Assembly: GCA_030066595.1 (NCBI GenBank)
Contig: JASJBI010000026.1
Coordinates: 30,693 to 62,692, forward strand
Length of the DNA: 32,000 nt
DNA from: Alphaproteobacteria bacterium
Lineage (GTDB): Bacteria > Pseudomonadota > Alphaproteobacteria > JAJFFI01
Direction: 5' to 3'
Part shown: positions 22,648 through 31,130 of the stretch, in pieces
Position numbering within the stretch: position 1 is the first letter of the stretch
Layout of the letters: the number at the start of each line of letters is the position of its first letter
Position numbers and translations under genes: made by a program
The notes under the pieces: generated by a model
Told to the model about the DNA's origin: nothing
Databases searched by the model: none
The model's input: only the letters and a program-made list of their open reading frames with translations

Positions 22648-23136
22648 CTACAGCTCGCGTGCGGCGGTGTGCTCGATCTTCTGCCAGTTCTTGTCGGCCT
22701 TGAGCACATTGCCGTCAATGTCCTTGAGGAAGGTCTGATAGATCTCCTCGTTCAGGTTCAGATAGAGCCTGCCACCGTCGATCTTCCAGAGCAGCGGGTC
22801 GCCATCGAACTTCTTGCCCACAGACACGCCGAAGGCACAGAAGCCGCCATACTCGGGCAGATAGCGCTCCGGGTTCTGCTTGAAGCTGTCCAGGTGCGCC
22901 TGGCTGCTGAAACGATAGGCGACGCCCTGGTGGACGTGCACCAGCGTGTCCGAACCGCGGACCGGCCCGCCCTTGGTGAAGTAGGCCACCGGATCGTAGC
23001 CGTGGAGTGCGAGGGGCGCGCCGGCAATCGAGAAGCCGGGCACGGCGTTGATTTCGTCTGCGGCCTGCGCCGGCACCACCGCGCTCAACAGGGCGGAGGA
23101 CATCAGCGCGGCCAACAGGAGCTTTGAGACAGTCAT
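22648..23136 (-). CDS. Periplasmic YHS-domain protein.
   Basis: The signal peptide is MTVSKLLLAALMSSALLSAVVPAQA. Motifs LHGYDPVAYF, VAYRFSSQAHLDSFKQNPERYLPEYGGFCAFGV and GGRLYLN are typical of this family. Confidence 0.75.
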   Translation of the reverse strand: MTVSKLLLAALMSSALLSAVVPAQAADEINAVPGFSIAGAPLALHGYDPVAYFTKGGPVRGSDTLVHVHQGVAYRFSSQAHLDSFKQNPERYLPEYGGFCAFGVSVGKKFDGDPLLWKIDGGRLYLNLNEEIYQTFLKDIDGNVLKADKNWQKIEHTAAREL

Positions 23137-23284
23137 GGTCGCTCTCCCAAGAGGTTTCCAGTTGTGCCCGGGCAGGATGCGCCGGACAGCATGTCATCTT
23201 GGGATTGCAGGTCGATCAAACAAGAATATGGCCAGAATCTCGTATTCTTAGCACAGTGTTCTGGACGATCTGCAATGTATGGCC

Positions 23285-24214
23285 TTACGCGGCGGCGCGA
23301 CGGACCTCCCGCGGGCTGCGGCCGTAGCGGCTGGCGAAGGCGCGCGAGAAGGCGGCCGGCGAGCGATAACCGACGCGCGCGGCAACCGACTGGATCGGCT
23401 CGCTGGTCTCGGCCAGAAGCGTCATCGCCGTCTGCAGCCGCAGATCCGACAAATAGCTCATCGGGGCGCTGCCGATCAGCGCCTGGAACTGATCCGCGAA
23501 CCGGCTGCGCGACATGCCCACCTCCCGGGCGACGCGGTCGAGCGTCCAGTCCTGTTCGTAGCCGCGATGCATCAGGCTGAGGGCCCGACCGATCCGCGGG
23601 TCGCCCATCGCCGAGATGACCTTGGCCAGGGTCTCGTCCTGGTCGGCGCAGGTCCGCACCACCTCGATGAACAGCGCCTCCGAGAGGCGGATGACCGAGG
23701 CCTTCATCCCCGGCGCCTCGGCGAACATCTGGCGCGTGATCAGCCGCATCAGCTCGTCGAGCCAGGGTGCGCGCGCCCGCAGCTCGGCGCTTACCAGGAG
23801 ATAGTCCGGCAGCGCCCGCAACAGGGGATGGTCCGCGCCGTCCGCGAAGTTGAGGTGGCCGCAGATGAGTTTGGTGTCGGCTTGGGGATTGGGCGCGCCG
23901 CCATAGGCCAGCACCCCCTCGCCGGTATAGCCGGACCGCTCCAGCACGTCCTCGAGCGGCGCGGCCCTCGTCTCGGGCTGGTCGCACAGGACGTGCGCGG
24001 CGCCATTCGGAATGACGATCAGGTCGCCCGCGTTGAGCAGCACGTCATGCTTGTCCGCGACCCGCACATGGCAGCGCCCCTGGACAGCCAGATGAAAGCG
24101 CGCGGCCCGGCCATAGGCGGGGACCGCCACCGACCAAGGCGGCGAGAACGCCGTGCGGAAGTACAGGGTGCCGCGTAGCTGCAAGAGGTCGAGAATGTCG
24201 CTCAACACATCCAT
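23285..24214 (-). CDS. AraC-family transcriptional regulator with an N-terminal cupin-type sensor domain.
   Basis: The N-terminus is MDVLSDILDLLQLRGTLYFRTAFSPPWSV. The C-terminal double HTH reads WTLDRVAREVGMSRSRFADQFQALIGSAPMSYLSDLRLQTAMTLL...IQSVAARVGYRSPAAFSRAFASRYGRSP. Confidence 0.85.
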   Translation of the reverse strand: MDVLSDILDLLQLRGTLYFRTAFSPPWSVAVPAYGRAARFHLAVQGRCHVRVADKHDVLLNAGDLIVIPNGAAHVLCDQPETRAAPLEDVLERSGYTGEGVLAYGGAPNPQADTKLICGHLNFADGADHPLLRALPDYLLVSAELRARAPWLDELMRLITRQMFAEAPGMKASVIRLSEALFIEVVRTCADQDETLAKVISAMGDPRIGRALSLMHRGYEQDWTLDRVAREVGMSRSRFADQFQALIGSAPMSYLSDLRLQTAMTLLAETSEPIQSVAARVGYRSPAAFSRAFASRYGRSPREVRRAAA

Positions 24215-24289
24215 ATTGCAGATCGTCCTATTTCATCAGACGATGAGATAAGGATTGAAGATCCGTTTGTCGAGACTTAGGTAGGCCGG

Positions 24290-24646
24290 ATGCTGCGCAT
24301 CAAACGCGTATACGATCCGCCCGCGGTCGATGACGGGTTCCGTATCCTGGTCGACCGTCTGTGGCCGCGGGGGCTCTCCAAGGAGGCCGCCGCCGTCGAT
24401 CTCTGGCTCAAGGAGATCGCGCCCTCGGCCGAGCTGCGCACCTGGTTCGGGCATGACCCGGACCGTTGGCCCGAGTTCCAGCGCCGCTATCGGGACGAGC
24501 TCGAGGCGCCGGAGCGCGCCGCGGCGCTTGACCGCCTGAGACGGGCCCAGCGCGAGCACGGCACCGTCACGTTGCTGTTCGGCGCCCGGAACGCGCGCCA
24601 CAACCATGCGGTTATGCTGTGCGAGCTGTTGGAGGAGCGGCAGTGA
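24290..24646 (+). CDS. DUF488-family protein (YeaO-like).
   Basis: The protein reads MLRIKRVYDPPAVDDGFRILVDRLWPRGLSKEAAAVDLWLKEIAPSAELRTWFGHDPDRWPEFQRRY...TLLFGARN. Confidence 0.8.
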   Translation: MLRIKRVYDPPAVDDGFRILVDRLWPRGLSKEAAAVDLWLKEIAPSAELRTWFGHDPDRWPEFQRRYRDELEAPERAAALDRLRRAQREHGTVTLLFGARNARHNHAVMLCELLEERQ

Positions 24647-24658
24647 GGCCGTAGCGAA

Positions 24659-25216
24659 CTAGGAGGTTTCCAGTTCGCTGTCCCAGTAGAGAAAGTCGCG
24701 CCAGCTTTCGTGCAGATAGTTCGGCGGGAAGGCCCGGCCGTTACGCTGAAGCAGCGCGGTGGTCGGCTCGACCGGCGCGTGCAGCAGACGGAAGCCGCAT
24801 TCCCGCAACAGCTTCTGGCCCTTGTGCAGATTGCAGGTGCTGCAGGCGGTGACCACATTGGTCCAGGTCGTCCGGCCGCCGCGCGAGCGGGGCACCACAT
24901 GGTCGAAGGTCAAGAGCTCGGCCGCCAGCCGGTCGGCGCAATACTGGCAGACGAAGGAGTCCCGCAGGAACACGTTGAACCGGGTGAAGGCCGGCCGGCG
25001 AGCGATCGGGACGTACTGCTTGAGGGAGATGACGCTGGGCAGACGCATCTCCAGGCTGGGCGAGCGGACGACCTCGTCATACTCCGAGACGATGTTCACT
25101 CGGCCGAGAAAGACCGCCTTGATCGCATCCTGCCAGGCCCAGAGCGACAGCGGAAAGTAGCTCAGGGGCCGGAAATCCGCGTTCAGGACAAGAGCCGGTG
25201 CGTTCTCCGGTGCCAT
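24659..25216 (-). CDS. HNH endonuclease-domain protein.
   Basis: The HNH core is CQYCADRLAAELLTFDHVVPRSRGGRTTWTNVVTACSTCNLHKG. The ORF is 185 aa. Confidence 0.8.
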   Translation of the reverse strand: MAPENAPALVLNADFRPLSYFPLSLWAWQDAIKAVFLGRVNIVSEYDEVVRSPSLEMRLPSVISLKQYVPIARRPAFTRFNVFLRDSFVCQYCADRLAAELLTFDHVVPRSRGGRTTWTNVVTACSTCNLHKGQKLLRECGFRLLHAPVEPTTALLQRNGRAFPPNYLHESWRDFLYWDSELETS

Positions 25217-25357
25217 GGGGTCGCCGTTCTAGCCTCGATTCGTGACGAAACTGTTAACCCACTGTTATCTATATGTTGCGGTCCGGGCCGCAAGCGCCGC
25301 CACTATAGCGGCTCGACTTTGACGGGGCTACGGGCAATCGCGGCAGCCCGACCCGGC

Positions 25358-26047
25358 TCAAGACGACGTGTTTTGCGCGGCTGCGGGCGTCAGCCCGAAC
25401 GAGCTGGTGAGGAACGCGCCGCCGAGCCGCAGGCCCTCCTCGTCGATGCCGTGGCCGAGGCCGGGACGCAGATGGGAGTCCACCTGGATGCCGGCGGCGG
25501 CCAGACCATCGGCGGCATGGGGCAGGGCCGAGGCCGCGACGATCGGGTCGGCCTCGCCGTGGATCAGCATCACGGGCGGACGGGACTTGATCTCCTGGGG
25601 CAGCTCTTCGCCACCGAACAACGCGCCGGAATAGCCCAGCACGCAGGCGCAGGCCCGGTCACGCCGCGGCGCCACGAACAGGGACATCATGGTCCCCTGG
25701 GAAAAGCCTACGAGCGCGAGCCGGTCGGCGTCCAATCCGTGCTGCGCCAGCGCCCCGTCCAAGAATCGGTTCAGGATCGGCGCCGCGGTCTCGACGCCGG
25801 CGCGCATGACATGGGGGCGGCGGTCCTCCAGGCTGAACCACTGCCGGCCCATGCCGATGTCGCAGACAAAGGGCGCGTGCGGCGACAGGAACAGCGCGTC
25901 GGGCAGGAGGTCCGCCCAGATCGGCGCCAGGCCGATCAGGTCGTTGCCGTCTGCGCCCCAGCCATGCAGCAGAACCACCAGCCGGCCGGGACTGCCGCCC
26001 GCGGCCGGCCCAAAGATTGGTCCGGTAATCTCCTGGCTGTCGCTCAT
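25358..26047 (-). CDS. Alpha/beta hydrolase of the phospholipase/carboxylesterase family.
   Basis: Motifs present: LVVLLHGWGADGNDL, nucleophile elbow GFSQGTMM, IHGEADPIV, and a later GLGHGI. Confidence 0.8.
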   Translation of the reverse strand: MSDSQEITGPIFGPAAGGSPGRLVVLLHGWGADGNDLIGLAPIWADLLPDALFLSPHAPFVCDIGMGRQWFSLEDRRPHVMRAGVETAAPILNRFLDGALAQHGLDADRLALVGFSQGTMMSLFVAPRRDRACACVLGYSGALFGGEELPQEIKSRPPVMLIHGEADPIVAASALPHAADGLAAAGIQVDSHLRPGLGHGIDEEGLRLGGAFLTSSFGLTPAAAQNTSS

Positions 26048-26093
26048 CTGGTTTCGTCCCCTTTGTCCGGTTGGTCGGCACCGGATCAGATGT

Positions 26094-26729
26094 TCACTGC
26101 CAGGTGCCCGGCGGCACCTTGCGATAGAAATGCCACATCATCAGCGCAGCCGCGCTGCGCCAGGGCCGCCAGGGTGCCGCGATCTCGGCCATCGCCTTGC
26201 GGTCCGGCCGCTCCGGCAGGCGCTTTAGTCGTTGCGTCGCGACCACCACGGCGAGGTCGTCCACCGGCCAGATGTCCGCCCGGCGCAAGGCAAACAGAAG
26301 ATAGATCTCGGCCGTCCACCGGCCGATGCCGGTGACCTGGACCAGGGAGTCGATCGCCGCCTCGTCGTCCATCCTGGGGAGCGCCCGAAAGTCGAGCCGC
26401 CCTTCGGCGACCGCCATCGCCAGCTCCTTGGCGTAGCGCTGCTTCTGCCGGCTCAACCCGATCGTCCGGCAGGCCGCATCGTCCAGCGCCAGCACGCCTT
26501 CCGGCGTCAGCGGGTCGACCGCGGCCGCGAGCCGGTCCCAGATCGCCCGCGCCGAGGCGATCGAGAGCTGCTGGCCCATGATGGTCTGCAAGAGCGCGGC
26601 AAAGCCGCCGGGACGACGGCGCAGGGGCGGCGAACCGGCGATCTCGAGCGCCCGGGCCATGTCCGCGTCCACGGCCGCCAGCGCCTCGCAGGCGCGGCTC
26701 AGATCGGCCTTGGTGCTCAGGAGCGTCAT
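26094..26729 (-). CDS. DNA-3-methyladenine glycosylase II-type (HhH-GPD superfamily) base-excision repair protein.
   Basis: Motifs present: IMGQQLSIASARAIWDRL, the HhH element LVQVTGIGRWTAEIYLLFAL, and the catalytic Asp region WPVDDLAV. Confidence 0.75.
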   Translation of the reverse strand: MTLLSTKADLSRACEALAAVDADMARALEIAGSPPLRRRPGGFAALLQTIMGQQLSIASARAIWDRLAAAVDPLTPEGVLALDDAACRTIGLSRQKQRYAKELAMAVAEGRLDFRALPRMDDEAAIDSLVQVTGIGRWTAEIYLLFALRRADIWPVDDLAVVVATQRLKRLPERPDRKAMAEIAAPWRPWRSAAALMMWHFYRKVPPGTWQ

Positions 26730-26808
26730 GGCGGGGCGGAGTAAAGCACGCCCGCCGCGCGCGCGGCAACGTCTGGCGGACGTCGAGCGCCGGCCCTATG
26801 TTTCGGCC

Positions 26809-27669
26809 ATGTCCGATCGCGAACCCGCCGTCATGGTGACCCGCTTTGCGCCCAGCCCGACAGGGCTGTTGCATGTCGGGCACGCCTTTTCGGCGCTCTT
26901 TGCCTGGCGGGCGGCCGCGCGCGCGGGCGGCCGGTTCCTACTGCGTATCGAGGATATCGACCGGGGCCGCTGTCGCCCCGCCTTCGAGGACGCCATCCTC
27001 GAGGATCTCGCCTGGCTCGGCCTCGACTGGGCGCCCGAAGTGCGACGGCAGTCCGCGTATATGGCGGACTACCAGGGCGCGTTGGCGCGGCTCGCCGAGA
27101 TGGAGCTGCTCTACCCCTGCTTCTGCAGCCGCAAGGAGATCCAGGCGGAGATCTCCGCCTCCGGCCGCGCCCCCCATGGCCCCGACGGTCCGCTCTATCC
27201 CGGCACCTGCAGACAGCTGGATCCGGGCCAACGCGCGGACCGCCTTGCAGCGGGCGCGCCCCATGCCCTGCGTCTGGACATGGCGGCGGCCAGCGCGATC
27301 GCGGGGACCCTGGTCTGGCGGGACCGGGGCCGGGGCGAGACCACCGCCCGGCCCGAGCGGCACGGTGACGTGGTACTGGCGCGCAAGGACGTGCCGACCA
27401 GCTATCATCTGGCCGTGACCGTGGACGATCACCTGCAGGGGGTGAGCCTGGTCACCCGCGGCGAGGATCTGTTCGATGCGACCCATGTGCACCGGCTGTT
27501 GCAGGCGCTGCTCTGCCTCGACGTGCCGGACTACCACCACCATCCGCTGGTGCGGGATGCGGAGGGCCAACGGCTGGCCAAGCGGGCCGACGCGTTGACC
27601 ATCCGCGCGTTGCGCGAGGCCGGCCGCACGGTCGCGGACGTCCGCGCCATGGCCACCGCGCGGCATTGA
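26809..27669 (+). CDS. gluQ: Glutamyl-Q tRNA(Asp) synthetase (GluQRS / YadB-like).
   Basis: I place the start at ATG 26809, inside track ORF 26578..27669. Motifs present: TRFAPSPTGLLHVGHAFSAL, LLRIEDID, the zinc-site motif (LYPCFCSRKE...YPGTCR), SYHLAVTVDDHLQGVSLVTRGEDL, and LAKR in place of KMSKS. Confidence 0.85.
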   Translation: MSDREPAVMVTRFAPSPTGLLHVGHAFSALFAWRAAARAGGRFLLRIEDIDRGRCRPAFEDAILEDLAWLGLDWAPEVRRQSAYMADYQGALARLAEMELLYPCFCSRKEIQAEISASGRAPHGPDGPLYPGTCRQLDPGQRADRLAAGAPHALRLDMAAASAIAGTLVWRDRGRGETTARPERHGDVVLARKDVPTSYHLAVTVDDHLQGVSLVTRGEDLFDATHVHRLLQALLCLDVPDYHHHPLVRDAEGQRLAKRADALTIRALREAGRTVADVRAMATARH

Positions 27670-27722
27670 CGCGCTGCATCCGCCGCCTCAGTTTAGCGAA
27701 GACTGTGGCGAGGAGGTAACGC

Positions 27723-28145
27723 ATGACCGAGACCCGACCGTTCCAACTGAACCATCTGGACCATGTGGTGTTGCGCGTGCGGGACGTGGACGCCGTGCAG
27801 CGGTTTTATTGCGACACGCTCGGCTGCACGGTCGAGAAGGTGCAGAATGATCTGGGGCTGGTTCAGCTCCGCGCCGGAACGGCGCTGATCGACCTGGTCG
27901 ACGTCGCCGGCAAGATCGGACGCACGGGAGGCGCCGCGCCCGGCGCCGAGGGCCGCAACATGGATCATCTTTGCCTGCGCGTGGCGCCGTTCGACGGGGC
28001 CGCGATCCAGGACTATCTGCGGTCGCAAGGGGCCGAGCCGGGCGATGTCTCGCGCCGCTATGGCGCCGACGGCTACGGGCCCTCGATCTACCTCGCCGAT
28101 CCCGAGGGCAATGTGGTCGAGCTCAAGGGACCGCCGGAAGGCTGA
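27723..28145 (+). CDS. VOC-family (glyoxalase / bleomycin-resistance / dioxygenase fold) protein.
   Basis: Motifs present: LNHLDHVVLRVRDVDAVQRFYCDTLGC, NMDHLCLRV, GPSIYLADPEGNVVELKG. Confidence 0.8.
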   Translation: MTETRPFQLNHLDHVVLRVRDVDAVQRFYCDTLGCTVEKVQNDLGLVQLRAGTALIDLVDVAGKIGRTGGAAPGAEGRNMDHLCLRVAPFDGAAIQDYLRSQGAEPGDVSRRYGADGYGPSIYLADPEGNVVELKGPPEG

Positions 28146-28178
28146 CCGCGCGGCGCAACAAGTCCAGCCTCGCTCGGC

Positions 28179-28523
28179 TCAAGAGGCCTTGCCGCCGTCG
28201 TCTCCGTTTGCCCTCTCGGCGTCTTCGTCGCCCGCTTCGGTTCGGACGATCTCGACCCTGAAGTTGGCGACCAGCGCCGCCATGGCGCCGAGGGCGGCCA
28301 GAACCGGGGTGAACAGCACCAGCGCGCCCGCCACCGCGGCGCTGTGCATGACGGGGACTTCGAGCAGCGTCTGGCCTTCGGCATTGCGCACGATCACCCG
28401 CGTCACCGAGGCGTCCTCGATATATTCCTTGATAAGGCCCACGAGATCGTCGGAGGCGACTTCGATCTCTTCCGTCCACGTCCTTTCCGTCTTGGCGGGC
28501 TCCTTCTTCTCGACCATCGTCAT
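28179..28523 (-). CDS. DUF4342-like small protein with a C-terminal hydrophobic segment.
   Basis: The protein reads TEEIEVASDDLVGLIKEYIEDASVTRVIVRNAEGQTLLEVPVMHSAAVAGALVLFTPVLAALGAMAALVANFRVEIVR. The family assignment is from memory. Confidence 0.55.
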   Translation of the reverse strand: MTMVEKKEPAKTERTWTEEIEVASDDLVGLIKEYIEDASVTRVIVRNAEGQTLLEVPVMHSAAVAGALVLFTPVLAALGAMAALVANFRVEIVRTEAGDEDAERANGDDGGKAS

Positions 28524-28629
28524 CCCCCTTCTGTTGCCGCGTTCTCTTTGAGATCATGGGCGCGCGCCGGCAGCGTGACAAGCTGGCGGCGCCGGATCGA
28601 TCAAGCGAGACACCGACACGGAGGGACGA

Positions 28630-28962
28630 ATGGCGTGGGTCTATCTGATCTTGGCGGGCATCTTCGAGTGGGGCTGGCCGGTGGGCCTCAAATTCGGCTG
28701 GACCGAGGCCGGGCTCAAGGCCGGCCCGCTGGCTCTTGCCGTCATCTCCATGGCCGCGAGCGGGGCATTGCTGTTGCTTTCGCTGCGCGAGATCCCGATC
28801 GGAACCGCATACGCGGTCTGGACCGGCATCGGCGCCGTCGGAACCTTTCTTCTCGGTATCCTGTTCTTCGGCGATCCGTCGACGCTCGGACGCTACGTTT
28901 TCGTCGCCTTCATCCTGGTCGGGATCATCGGCCTGAAGCTGGTGTCTGCGCCGACTCCTTAA
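28630..28962 (+). CDS. sugE: SMR-family small multidrug/guanidinium exporter (SugE/Gdx-like).
   Basis: The ORF is 110 aa with four TM segments: MAWVYLILAGIFEWGWPVGLK (the membrane Glu is conserved) and IGTAYAVWTGIGAVGTFLLGILFFGD. Confidence 0.85.
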   Translation: MAWVYLILAGIFEWGWPVGLKFGWTEAGLKAGPLALAVISMAASGALLLLSLREIPIGTAYAVWTGIGAVGTFLLGILFFGDPSTLGRYVFVAFILVGIIGLKLVSAPTP

Positions 28963-28994
28963 GGCAGAATGGGTCGATATGACCAGATCATGAT

Positions 28995-29360
28995 TTAGCC
29001 CGGCGTCTCGCCACCCTCCGGGCCATACATGATCACCCAGGTTTCGAAGTCGTCGCTGAAGTCCTCGAAGCGATGTACTGCGCCAGCCGGCGCGAAGATC
29101 GCGTCGCCCGGACCGAATGGGATGCGCTTCAGCGCCTCCTCGCTGGGACCGACGGCGAAGGCGCCGGTGCCGCGAACCACGACATAGACCTCGTCCTGCT
29201 CGTGCGGGGGCTGCTTGTCTTCGCCGCGCGGCCGATAGAAGTAGAGTTTCATCGTTCCGTGCGCGAACGGTTGCGCAGCGGGCAGGCCCATGGGGGCGGT
29301 CCCGGCTTCGAGCGCCTGTGTCACCGCGTCGCGTGCCTGGGAAAGCGTAAACCGGTCCAT
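28995..29360 (-). CDS. Cupin-domain protein.
   Basis: The ORF is 121 aa. The cupin motifs are PHEQDEVYVVVRGTG and GDAIFAPAGAVHRFEDFS. Confidence 0.7.
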   Translation of the reverse strand: MDRFTLSQARDAVTQALEAGTAPMGLPAAQPFAHGTMKLYFYRPRGEDKQPPHEQDEVYVVVRGTGAFAVGPSEEALKRIPFGPGDAIFAPAGAVHRFEDFSDDFETWVIMYGPEGGETPG

Positions 29361-29409
29361 CTCTGATCCTCCTGCTCTGGCCGACGGACGCCCCTCTCCC
29401 CCAGGGGAC

Positions 29410-30309
29410 TTAGGTCGATGAATGCTCTGTGGGACCTGCGGCGATTGAGCGCAGCTTTTCGGGATTGCGCACGATATAGAAGGCGGCGATGCGACCGTTC
29501 TGGACGTCGATGCTCAAGGTCTGGTCGAGCGCGCCGTCGACATGCACGATGAACCCCGGCGCGCCGTTGATCTTGGCGAGGGCGAAACTGCTGGTGCCAC
29601 CACGGGCCCGGTGCTTGCGGACCAGGCCGATGAAGAACCGCGCCACGTTTTCGGCACCTCGGATCGGCTTGCGCGCCGCGATCTTGACGCCGCCGCCGTC
29701 CGAGTAGGCGACCACATCCGCGGCCAACAACGCCTCCAGACGGCTTGGGTCGCCGGTGGTGATGGCCTCCGCGAACTTTGCAAGCAGCGTCTCATGGGCC
29801 TCGGGTGGTGCCGGGCGGGCCGGCCGCTCACTCCGCACGGCTTTGCGCGCCCGTGCCGCAAGCTGGCGGCAGGCCGCTTCGCTCTTGCCGAGCGCGTCCG
29901 CCACCTGCGCATAGGGCGCGTCGAACACGTCGTGCAGCAGGAACGCCGCGCGCTCCGGCGCCGAGAGCTTTTCCAAGGTGAGCAAGAGCGCGAAGGACAG
30001 GTCGTCGGCGATCTCGGCGGCGCTGTCCGGGGACAATCCCTCCGTATCGAGGACGGGTTCCGGCAGCCAGGGGCCCACATAGACCTCGCGCCGGGCCCTG
30101 GCGCTCTTGAGCTGGTCGAGGCACAGCCGGGTCACGGTGGTGAACAGGAACGCTTCCGGGTTCCGAATGGCGCGTTGGTCGGCCTCGGTGACCCGCAGAT
30201 AGGCGTCCTGCAGCACGTCCTCTGCGTCGGCGCGGCTCCCCAGCATGCGGTAGGCAAGCCCCTGGAGCCGGCCGTGGCAGGCCGCGAAGGTGGTCTCGAG
30301 GTCGGTCAC
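29410..30309 (-). CDS. ECF sigma-70 factor with a C-terminal SnoaL/NTF2-like extension (ECF41 / SigJ type).
   Basis: I place the start at GTG 30309 (VTDLETTFAACHGRLQGLAYRMLGSRADAEDVLQDAYLR), preceded by AAGGAGG. It overlaps the upstream stop as GTGA. Region 4 reads ERAAFLLHDVFDAPYAQVADALGKSEAACRQLAARARK. About 110 extra C-terminal residues follow. Confidence 0.8.
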   Translation of the reverse strand: MTDLETTFAACHGRLQGLAYRMLGSRADAEDVLQDAYLRVTEADQRAIRNPEAFLFTTVTRLCLDQLKSARARREVYVGPWLPEPVLDTEGLSPDSAAEIADDLSFALLLTLEKLSAPERAAFLLHDVFDAPYAQVADALGKSEAACRQLAARARKAVRSERPARPAPPEAHETLLAKFAEAITTGDPSRLEALLAADVVAYSDGGGVKIAARKPIRGAENVARFFIGLVRKHRARGGTSSFALAKINGAPGFIVHVDGALDQTLSIDVQNGRIAAFYIVRNPEKLRSIAAGPTEHSST

Positions 30310-30851
30310 GCGGCCTCCTTGACGACATCGACCGGATGATCGTCGATCTGGACGCGCTGGCAGGACTTGGCAAATCCCAGCCCCGCCTTGACCATGGGGA
30401 AGACCCGGCCGATCTGCGTCCCGAGAGTCAGGTCGATCACGGCCGCCTCGCCCCATTGCGCGCGGACCACATCGCGCGCGTCATCCAGGTCCGGTGTCCG
30501 CCCCACGAGCGCCTCGGCAAAGCGAAAGCCCAACGCCGTGTCCACATCCATTTTGGCGAAATTGCGCGTCAGCACCCCTTCGATGGATCCGGGCGAAAGG
30601 CCAGCCTCCCGCGCCATATCGACGACCAGCTGCACGCAGGGCCCGCAATCCTCGGCCAACGCGCCGACCAGCTTGGCCGCGTAGAAGGCTTCCGTGGGCG
30701 CGGCCTCGCGATGCTGGGCGAGCTCGGTCAGCCCGGCGAACTTGAAGAACGCGTCCGGGGACACGTCCAACATGTGTTCCATGTAAGTCACGTCATAGTC
30801 GTAGCGATCGCTGAACGCCTTGAGCTGACGCTTTGCAAATGATTTCCGCAT
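30306..30851 (-). CDS. Carboxymuconolactone-decarboxylase (AhpD-like) family protein with a CxxC motif.
   Basis: The ORF is 181 aa and helical, with the motif AEDCGPCVQLVVDMA. It lies immediately upstream of the ECF41-type sigma gene and is translationally coupled to it, which is the known genomic partnership. Confidence 0.6.
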   Translation of the reverse strand: MRKSFAKRQLKAFSDRYDYDVTYMEHMLDVSPDAFFKFAGLTELAQHREAAPTEAFYAAKLVGALAEDCGPCVQLVVDMAREAGLSPGSIEGVLTRNFAKMDVDTALGFRFAEALVGRTPDLDDARDVVRAQWGEAAVIDLTLGTQIGRVFPMVKAGLGFAKSCQRVQIDDHPVDVVKEAA

Positions 30852-31130
30852 GGGGTTCTCCGTCTTTCAAACTGTCCGCGGCAGGAGGGCCGGCGCCGGA
30901 GACCCGGCTTGGATCCGGCCGTATCCCTGACGCGCCCGTCTGCCACCCTAGACGAGACAGCCGGGCCGTTTGTGACAAGGGAGCGCGGATTTCTTCGCCA
31001 AAGGGTGCGCCGGCCGGCAGATCTTCATGCTGCGTCGATGATGTCCGATGACCGCTTCCGCGACTGCGCTGTGGGATCCTGCAGACCGCTGATGCAAGAG
31101 CAACGCGGGAACCGGTTCAGATTCCCCTGA

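Noticed and set aside
28564-28629. A possible guanidine riboswitch upstream of sugE. The evidence was an 11-bp hairpin, GCGCCGGCAGC-GTGACAA-GCTGGCGGCGC, at 28564..28592 plus ACACGGAGGGAC at 28616..28627, which resembles the ykkC 3' conserved block.
   Set aside because: GGAGGGA sits 3-9 nt before ATG 28630, so it is most simply the ribosome-binding site. I could not find the other ykkC blocks (CUAGGGUUCCG, GGUCCGAGAG, or the AAAGCCCGGGAG closing helix) or the ACGR loops of mini-ykkC. A cmsearch with Rfam RF00442, RF01068 and RF01763 would settle it.
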